From: a bacterium
GTDB taxonomy: Bacteria > Patescibacteriota > Minisyncoccia > UBA6257 > JAGOQP01
NCBI GenBank assembly: GCA_021814695.1
Contig: JAKAHY010000005.1
Coordinates: forward strand, 1,364-65,363
Length of the DNA: 64,000 nucleotides
Reading direction: 5' to 3'
Under the pieces are notes generated by a model, which had not been told where the DNA came from, did not search any database, and worked only from the letters and a program-made list of their open reading frames with translations. Position numbers and translations under genes: made by a program. Below are positions 58,701 to 64,000 of this stretch, one piece after another; position 1 is the stretch's first letter; each line of letters starts with the position of its first letter.

Positions 58701-59897
58701 AAGACCGTGCATTGCAATTCCGGCAGAATTAGCATCAACAAAACGCCCGTCATCATCAATGACAAACATGGCGTCGGGAGCCTGTTCAAAGATAGATTTG
58801 AGCTTTGCTTCGCTGTCCTGAAGTTCTTTTGTTACTTTGTCGGCCAATCTCAACGCCCGCGAGCGCGATGTTAAAAATATAAAAATGATAAGAGATACCA
58901 GAAAGCTTGTTAAAATAGCGGCTATGGGGTATACGATAAGAAAAATTACATCCGAAGTTTTTACCCCAAATTGCGGAAGCGCTTTAAACTTTATGAGCCA
59001 TTGACGCCCCTGAAAATAAAAAGATTTTTGATATACAAACTGGGGAATAATCTGATTATTCGGATTGCTGTCAAAAAACGGATTGGCCGATGGATTATCG
59101 GTTATGTCATAAACTTCGTAATCAATATATTGTCCAAAAGAACTCAAAATAATTCCGGCCTCGCATTTATCAATGTCTGAAATAGCAAGGACAAATCCTC
59201 TCAATTGTCCTTGGCTGGTGGGAATAGTCGACGATTTATAATATATGGGCATAATCGTATCGACTCTTGAGTGATCACTATTCCACATCTTTTGAATAGG
59301 CGTTGCTACCGCGCGGCCACTACTGCCCGCTTTTTGTAAATCCTGTAGAAGTTGGGGTTGCGAAGAATAATCATATCCTTCCAAAACCGATGAGCTTTCG
59401 GTAAGCGGCGTAATATATTTGATTATGTAGTATTCGTCTTTATTTACATCGGGATGCAAGACAACGTCGGTCTGTTTTTTAAAAACGGTCGATGAATAAT
59501 CACCGGCAGTTTTTAATTCTGTTTTAATCTGGTCTTTGTTTATTTTTTTTATGTATCCCAATTCATCTATGCAGGATGTCACTAAAGACGCGGTTTGTCC
59601 TTGGGTGTATGCTGACCACTCTTCGGGGCTTATGGTATGAGGCATCGATTCATAGTATCCTTTGACACCGATAAGGATGGAGTTGCTAACATTTACTCGA
59701 TTAGTTATTTCGCCCACAACCCGATTAACCTCAGTATCAAACGCGGCCCTCCTCTCATACATAACCTGATCGAGTATTTTAGTCCAAAAAATATAAGTAA
59801 TAATCAAGAGAACAATAAAAACAGCGGTCGGTAAAATCGTTTTTTTTAAACTAAACACGCGAATTTTTTTATAAAGTTCGAGCCAGCTGTCACTCAT
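55713..59897 (-). CDS. Giant sensor histidine kinase (1394 aa) with periplasmic sensor domain, multiple PAS/GAF domains, HisKA and HATPase_c
   Basis: Two TM helices flank an extracytoplasmic domain of about 300 aa; H-box SHQLRTPLSAINWY; G-boxes DSGYGIP...GTGLGLYIVKEIV. Confidence 0.85.
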   Translation of the reverse strand: MSDSWLELYKKIRVFSLKKTILPTAVFIVLLIITYIFWTKILDQVMYERRAAFDTEVNRVVGEITNRVNVSNSILIGVKGYYESMPHTISPEEWSAYTQGQTASLVTSCIDELGYIKKINKDQIKTELKTAGDYSSTVFKKQTDVVLHPDVNKDEYYIIKYITPLTESSSVLEGYDYSSQPQLLQDLQKAGSSGRAVATPIQKMWNSDHSRVDTIMPIYYKSSTIPTSQGQLRGFVLAISDIDKCEAGIILSSFGQYIDYEVYDITDNPSANPFFDSNPNNQIIPQFVYQKSFYFQGRQWLIKFKALPQFGVKTSDVIFLIVYPIAAILTSFLVSLIIFIFLTSRSRALRLADKVTKELQDSEAKLKSIFEQAPDAMFVIDDDGRFVDANSAGIAMHGLSKKELILHHTVFDFISPDEKNVDRKVWDRFLVEGKMRFDFMFKGPISGQNRYMEVTATAHYLPGLNLVIIRDVTHHRQIEAALKQSNEVNSAILNATVEAVYLIDLDGRIITANESGAARFNMKPGELSGKIIYEYFPPELAKVRRDRASAVIDSGEPTKYEDFRSGRYFRNSIYPIHDSSGKVYQLAIFSEDMTDRKLTEITMARTSRALRVLSESNQAMVRIKNEDEFVKKVCDIVVNVGGYRLAWIGTAINDVQKTVKPIAQVGYEDGYLSSVKISWGDNEYGQGPTGIAIRYGKVSVMKDILNDPSYVLWREAASKRGYASSAAFPIPLASGIFGALNIYSSEPDAFSESEIKLLTELANDIGFGIGSIRTQISLIESEEIYTQMTNNLGLAVVVYKTEDDGKSFILKDFSSVAEKIEGVKKQDVIGKDVTRAFPGAVQMGIVDVFKHVYKTGNSQYFPEKKYSNNGKDSWRRNFIYKTPDGNIVAIYADVTNEVISRENLKKSEENYRLLVDLSPDAIAVHSGKSVLFVNMAAVRLFGAKSAENLIGRPTMSFVHPDSQKVVEQRISEMIETGKSVSLNAEKFLKIDGTPIDVEVIAAPVVFEGVKAIQVIVHDISEIKRSEEHLKQVNADMEKFKLAVQNASDHIIITDADAKILYANNAASRITGYPINEMIGANPRLWGGQMPADFYKTMWKTIKEEKKSFTGEVTNRRKSGESYQAVMSIAPILDEKGNIIFFVGIERDVTKERAIDKSKSEFVSLASHQLRTPLSAINWYTEMLLDEDVGKLNKKQKDYLGEIYHSSKRMADLVGSLLNVSRIELGTFAIEPKPTDIIEILKSVIKELSHEIKKRHQKLTEQYDKTIGLLSIDQSLMRVVLQNLISNSVKYTPNKGSIKVEVHKIGNDIIISVSDSGYGIPERQQSRIFEKFFRADNIREVETDGTGLGLYIVKEIVEKSGGSIWFESKENKGTKFYVSLPVKGMIQKSGTKKLI

Positions 59898-59950
59898 ACG
59901 AGCGGCGCAAAGCTTCTGATCTTTGCAAATTTATTTTTACTGGAAAATTG

Positions 59951-60322
59951 CTATTTTGACTTTATGGAGACTGTCTTAACCTTGGAAACGATCTCGTTAA
60001 TCGGGTGCTGCGCTTTGACAAAATAATCAACAGCCCCCAAAGAAAGAGCGCGTTTTATATCCTCATCTTCTCCTAAATTGGAAACTACAACAACGGGGAT
60101 GGTTTTGAGTGAATCTTCGGATTTCAATTCCGAGAGCACTTCAAAGCCGTTTTTTTTCGGCAAAACCAGATCAAGAACAATAACGTCGGGGTCAAAACTT
60201 TTGGCCAAATTAAGAGCCACCTCTCCGTCCGAAGCTATCTTTACGTCATAGTGGGCTTTTGAGAACTTTTCCTCAAAAACTTTTGCCAGTATTTGTTCGT
60301 CTTCAACAACTAAAATTTTCAT
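59951..60322 (-). CDS. Single-domain response regulator (CheY-like receiver)
   Basis: ILVVEDEQ...DVIVLDLVLPKKNG...PVVVVSN. Confidence 0.8.
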   Translation of the reverse strand: MKILVVEDEQILAKVFEEKFSKAHYDVKIASDGEVALNLAKSFDPDVIVLDLVLPKKNGFEVLSELKSEDSLKTIPVVVVSNLGEDEDIKRALSLGAVDYFVKAQHPINEIVSKVKTVSIKSK

Positions 60323-60369
60323 AAAACTTTCAATAAATAATTAATTCAACCTTCTTTGTCAGTATACAA

Positions 60370-61824
60370 CTAACCTTCTATTTCCTCAATGTTACTCGCT
60401 ACATAATCTTTTATTTTATCCGCAGCCGCTTTAAGACGCTTTAAGGCAAATTTCATTTCTTCGGCTTCTCTTTCGTCTATTTTATCATCGGCATATTTTC
60501 CCAAAAGATTGTCTATCTCTTTTGTAATAATATTAAAGGATGTTATAACGTCTCTTTGAGCAATAACTATTCTCATCTGGCGTTTCTTTTTTTCAAGCCT
60601 TCCGACATACCAACCACTGGCAACTCCTAACATAATCAACACTATAATTGCCACAAAGAAAAAAGTTTTTGACACGCCTAGTCCACCGATCATAAAAAAC
60701 GGCTTTTCTTGAATGTAAAGATTTATCCGAGAAGCGGTGATGTTTCCGGCTTCATCAACGGCCTCAACAACAACAACGTGACTACCCGAACTTTGCGGAG
60801 GCAACACAAACGAGGTCAAAGGTGTCGAGGTTATTGTCTTACTGTCAATAACTATCCGGTAAAAAGCGATCCCGGAGGGCTGGTCCGTCGTTTCAAACGT
60901 CAGAGTCGGATTTATAACATCAGTATTATTACCCTCTTTAACCAGGGCATCAAATGGTTGGGGAGGGGCGGTATCAATGGATATTTTATAGTGAAGAGTC
61001 GGGCCCCATCCGATATCATTTTTAAATCTTACGTGCAAATACCACGCCCCATCATCCAAAGCTCCAAAAGTCTTGTTGTCAAAAAGACCTTCCGATTTAG
61101 TCGGGCTAAAAGCCGGGTCTTTATTTAAATCGGTCGCAATACCGGTAACATCCGGGGGTAAATCTATGTGGGTTATAAAATTAGAACTGACATTATACCA
61201 ACTTGATGAATCGGGATAGAGAGGAACTTGAATTGATGGCTTTTGAGGAAGTTTCCCTGTCGGAACCGCCGGTCTTGATACGGGCGTTATTTGCTGAGGA
61301 GTCGATGTCGGAGCGGTAATTATCTGAGTCCCCTGTGTAGTTGCAATGGTTATTTGTAAACCATTCATAGCCGTTAAAACATTTGACCCGCTTCCATCGC
61401 TTGCAGTTATAGCTCCATCTGTAAGAGATATATTCGCCTGACCCGCTCCCTTGACCACAAAAAATATTCTAAAGGCTTCCAATGATTTTCCGGTAAATCC
61501 CACAGTCGCTCCGGCCACAAATGTAACGGTTCCGGCATTATTATTTACGGTTGGATCCTGCAGCCAAAAATTAAATACCGAATTTGTTTTATCGGTGCTG
61601 GTAACACTTAAGATATCGGCCGGAAACTTTATTGTTGCCTGAACGGCATTGACACCGGCATTTTCGCTGTCGATTTTTACATCGACACTAAATTTATCCC
61701 CGATATTAAAAATATTTTGACTTGTAACAAGATTAATCGTTGCCGCCTTTGCCGATGGTGGCAACAGAGCAATAAAACAAATCGCAAATACGGCGGATAT
61801 TACAATTACTTTTTTATTTATCAT
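60370..61824 (-). CDS. Membrane-anchored surface protein with N-terminal cohesin-like domain
   Basis: Signal peptide; about 140-aa beta-rich domain (GDKFSVDVKIDSENAGVNAVQATIKFPADILSV...GTVTFVAGA...FRIFFVVKGAGQANISL) resembling type-I cohesin; Pro/Thr/Ser linker; C-terminal TM plus a cytoplasmic coiled-coil tail. Confidence 0.5.
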   Translation of the reverse strand: MINKKVIVISAVFAICFIALLPPSAKAATINLVTSQNIFNIGDKFSVDVKIDSENAGVNAVQATIKFPADILSVTSTDKTNSVFNFWLQDPTVNNNAGTVTFVAGATVGFTGKSLEAFRIFFVVKGAGQANISLTDGAITASDGSGSNVLTAMNGLQITIATTQGTQIITAPTSTPQQITPVSRPAVPTGKLPQKPSIQVPLYPDSSSWYNVSSNFITHIDLPPDVTGIATDLNKDPAFSPTKSEGLFDNKTFGALDDGAWYLHVRFKNDIGWGPTLHYKISIDTAPPQPFDALVKEGNNTDVINPTLTFETTDQPSGIAFYRIVIDSKTITSTPLTSFVLPPQSSGSHVVVVEAVDEAGNITASRINLYIQEKPFFMIGGLGVSKTFFFVAIIVLIMLGVASGWYVGRLEKKKRQMRIVIAQRDVITSFNIITKEIDNLLGKYADDKIDEREAEEMKFALKRLKAAADKIKDYVASNIEEIEG

Positions 61825-61864
61825 CAGATTTTGATTTGGTTTTACTTACGATGATTATAACACG

Positions 61865-64000
61865 TTATTTTTGCTGAAGAGTCCTCACAAAGATGCTGAA
61901 GTCTTGAACGTCCACTTTTCCGTCACCATTAAGATCATCCAGAGCTCTCGTTTTCGGATCAGTTGAGCTCCAGCGAGAAATAAATATGCTCCAATCTTTT
62001 ATATCTATTACTCCATCGTTATTGAAGTCCATATTCGGAGTAAATATATTGGTTATAGAAAACACTTGTTGGGGAGAAAAGTCGCTCTTGATGTAATCCG
62101 GCGATACTTGCCGAGTTGCGACCGTATGGCTTCCAAAATCAAGATTAGCGGTATTGACCAATACTTTATAGTTTCCTCTGGAATCTGCGGTAACGGTGTT
62201 GGATATAAGTTGTCCGTCTATTTCTGTTTCGATGTTATATCCGGGAGCGGCCAGTCCGATAATGCCCAGAAAATCTCCTTTGGTTATGGATGAACGTATA
62301 AGGCCCAGAGTCGGCGAGAGTAAAATATTTTGAACCTTCAACAGCTGACTCGGATCTGTAAGATTGGCACCGAAGATCTTGGCTTGAGTCGTACGATTGG
62401 AGCTGTCGGTCGCGACTATTGAATAAGAACTCGCTCCCGGAGGAAGCCCTCCGACAGATATAGAGAAGTTACCGTTTGGGGAAGCGGTAGACTGCTGCTG
62501 TATTGGAGTTTGTCCCCCGCCTTTAATTGCGATGATATTTATTTTTGCATTAGTAAAGGCCTTACCGGACAGCTGGACTCCGGAGATTGCCGGAGGAACA
62601 AAGCCTCCCGATATTTGTGCGCTTTGTGTTGTAGCAGGTCCGTAGGTAATGACAAAAGTAACCGTTTGTTGAGAAGAAACATCTAGGCCGGTACTGGCAA
62701 TATCCTGAAGAGAAAGAGTAATCGTTTCCAGTTTCGGATCCGATATATATATCGTTCCGACTCCATTGGTGATAGTTATTGGACCGGCTCCGGTAGCTGA
62801 ACCCGTCGTCACAAGTCTTACGTTTGAATGGTACAGAGTGTCGGTATTCCCGCTATCATCCTGAACTTTAACCGTAACAAGCATTGACGCTCCTACTGGG
62901 TATTGAGAGCTTAATGGCATTATATTTATTCGAGTCGCAACAATCGGAACGGTAGAAACAACAACCGTATCGGCAGCGTCCTGAATTCCGGAAGTTCCGT
63001 TGGCAATCGGCGTACCGTCGGAAGCTGTTATAACCCAAGTCCCGGGAGTTTCGTCAAAATACCAAAACTGAGCAGAAGATTGATTGTTGTTAAAAACAAT
63101 AAATGTTTCGGTGCCTCCACCGGAAGAGGCGTCATAAAATGCTGTAGTTGTTCCCGAAGACGATGAGTAAAGATATGCGGTAACGACTCCGGATGTCACG
63201 AGGTTATTATATTGATCTTTCCTGGTAATTGTATAACCCAAACGGGTTCCGGCAGTCATATTGCCCGGATCATCGAGAACAAATTTATAAATTGCTCCGG
63301 GCGTCACGGAAAATGTACTGGCAGAATCGGCAATACCGGATGATCCATCCGGAGCGGTAGCGTTGTCTGATGCGGTTACAGTTGTCGTAGCTGATTTCTC
63401 GTCATAATACCAGAAACTAACCGAAGAAGTTCCGCTGACAAAATCTATGGAAGTAATGGAACTGCCTCCACTGGCAGCATCATAAAAGTGGTACGTCCCG
63501 GAAGACATTGAATACAAATATGAAACTGTTGATCCGAGAGTAACGGCATTTCCGTACTGGTCTTTGCGAGTGAGCTCAAATCCAAGACGAGTTCCGGCAG
63601 CCATATTGCCCGGATTGTTTAATGCAAATTGAGCCACAGCTCCTGGATTAAACGTAGCAGTGCCGACTGAAGAAACGTTAAGGCCGGTATGCTGGGTATC
63701 TGAAAGCGATAAATTAACTGTTTCAGCAGTATGGTCGGAGATATCTATCGTGCCGACTCCGTTAACCATTGTCACCAATCCCCCTCCGGTTGCCGAACCG
63801 CTGGTAACAAGAGTGACGCTGCTGGTTGCGGTAGTATCCAAATTACCGCTGTTGTCCTGAGCTTGTATGGTTACCGTTATGGGGCCGTCAACGGTCCCGG
63901 CAGTTGTGGAAAGTATGACAAATTTTGTCGCAACGATAGGTGCCGCATTAACAGTCACTGAGTCCGTTCCGTCGGCAATTCCGGTTGCGCCATCAGGAGC
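61865..64000 (-). CDS. Giant Ig-repeat surface protein with C-terminal dockerin domain (N-terminus beyond the window end)
   Basis: C-terminus DFNNDGVIDIKDWSIFISRW...DLNGDGKVDVQDFSIFVRTL gives two canonical dockerin calcium-binding repeats. Upstream are repeated Ig-like modules of about 95 aa. The reading frame is open through 64000. Confidence 0.65.
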   Translation of the reverse strand, partial: APDGATGIADGTDSVTVNAAPIVATKFVILSTTAGTVDGPITVTIQAQDNSGNLDTTATSSVTLVTSGSATGGGLVTMVNGVGTIDISDHTAETVNLSLSDTQHTGLNVSSVGTATFNPGAVAQFALNNPGNMAAGTRLGFELTRKDQYGNAVTLGSTVSYLYSMSSGTYHFYDAASGGSSITSIDFVSGTSSVSFWYYDEKSATTTVTASDNATAPDGSSGIADSASTFSVTPGAIYKFVLDDPGNMTAGTRLGYTITRKDQYNNLVTSGVVTAYLYSSSSGTTTAFYDASSGGGTETFIVFNNNQSSAQFWYFDETPGTWVITASDGTPIANGTSGIQDAADTVVVSTVPIVATRINIMPLSSQYPVGASMLVTVKVQDDSGNTDTLYHSNVRLVTTGSATGAGPITITNGVGTIYISDPKLETITLSLQDIASTGLDVSSQQTVTFVITYGPATTQSAQISGGFVPPAISGVQLSGKAFTNAKINIIAIKGGGQTPIQQQSTASPNGNFSISVGGLPPGASSYSIVATDSSNRTTQAKIFGANLTDPSQLLKVQNILLSPTLGLIRSSITKGDFLGIIGLAAPGYNIETEIDGQLISNTVTADSRGNYKVLVNTANLDFGSHTVATRQVSPDYIKSDFSPQQVFSITNIFTPNMDFNNDGVIDIKDWSIFISRWSSTDPKTRALDDLNGDGKVDVQDFSIFVRTLQQK

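Noticed and set aside
57185-58821. Multiple short ORFs on both strands inside the giant histidine-kinase gene, and similar ones inside dnaE, gyrB, smc and the surface-protein genes
   Set aside because: Embedded in or antisense to long, well-supported CDSs with clear domain content; no independent evidence.
1-64000. CRISPR arrays, cas genes, restriction-modification or other canonical defence systems
   Set aside because: No regularly spaced direct repeats and no Cas, methylase or REase signatures were seen on either strand. The only nuclease-like accessory gene is the HNH endonuclease.

Overview
This 64 kb window looks like the chromosome of an AT-rich, reduced-genome bacterium, and the gene content is consistent with a CPR/Patescibacteria-type organism (inference). 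Most of the window is core housekeeping. On the minus strand it carries a grpE-dnaK-(membrane protein)-(methyltransferase)-dnaJ chaperone operon, a truncated division/cell-wall cluster (mraZ-rsmH-ftsL-ftsI-murF), and many ribosomal-protein and translation genes, including secE-nusG-rplK and a separate rplJ-rplL pair. It also carries gyrB, dnaE, dnaB, recR, smc, rnc, nusB, rnhB, cysS, thrS, gatB, miaA and tmk. Ten tRNA genes and two small ribosomal-protein genes missed by the ORF track (rpmG/L33 and rpmF/L32) were found by reading the sequence directly. The accessory content is more unusual. tRNA-Phe is interrupted by a 295-nt group I intron in its anticodon loop, next to a very AT-rich islet encoding an HNH endonuclease. 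Several tRNAs (Trp, His, Phe, Glu) are followed by short GC-rich segments that contain inverted copies of the T-arm and/or end in direct repeats of the tRNA 3' end, which look like integration scars; a 20-nt GC-rich palindrome recurs twice beside two of these loci. A GC-rich (probably foreign) gene for a secreted protein lies beside a 1158-aa repeat-rich surface protein. At the right-hand end, a signalling module (response regulator, 1394-aa multi-PAS sensor kinase, response regulator) lies next to two co-oriented genes. One encodes a membrane-anchored cohesin-like protein and the other a giant Ig-repeat protein ending in a canonical dockerin. This adjacent cohesin-dockerin surface pair is the most system-like novelty in the window. 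No CRISPR arrays, cas genes or restriction-modification genes were seen.
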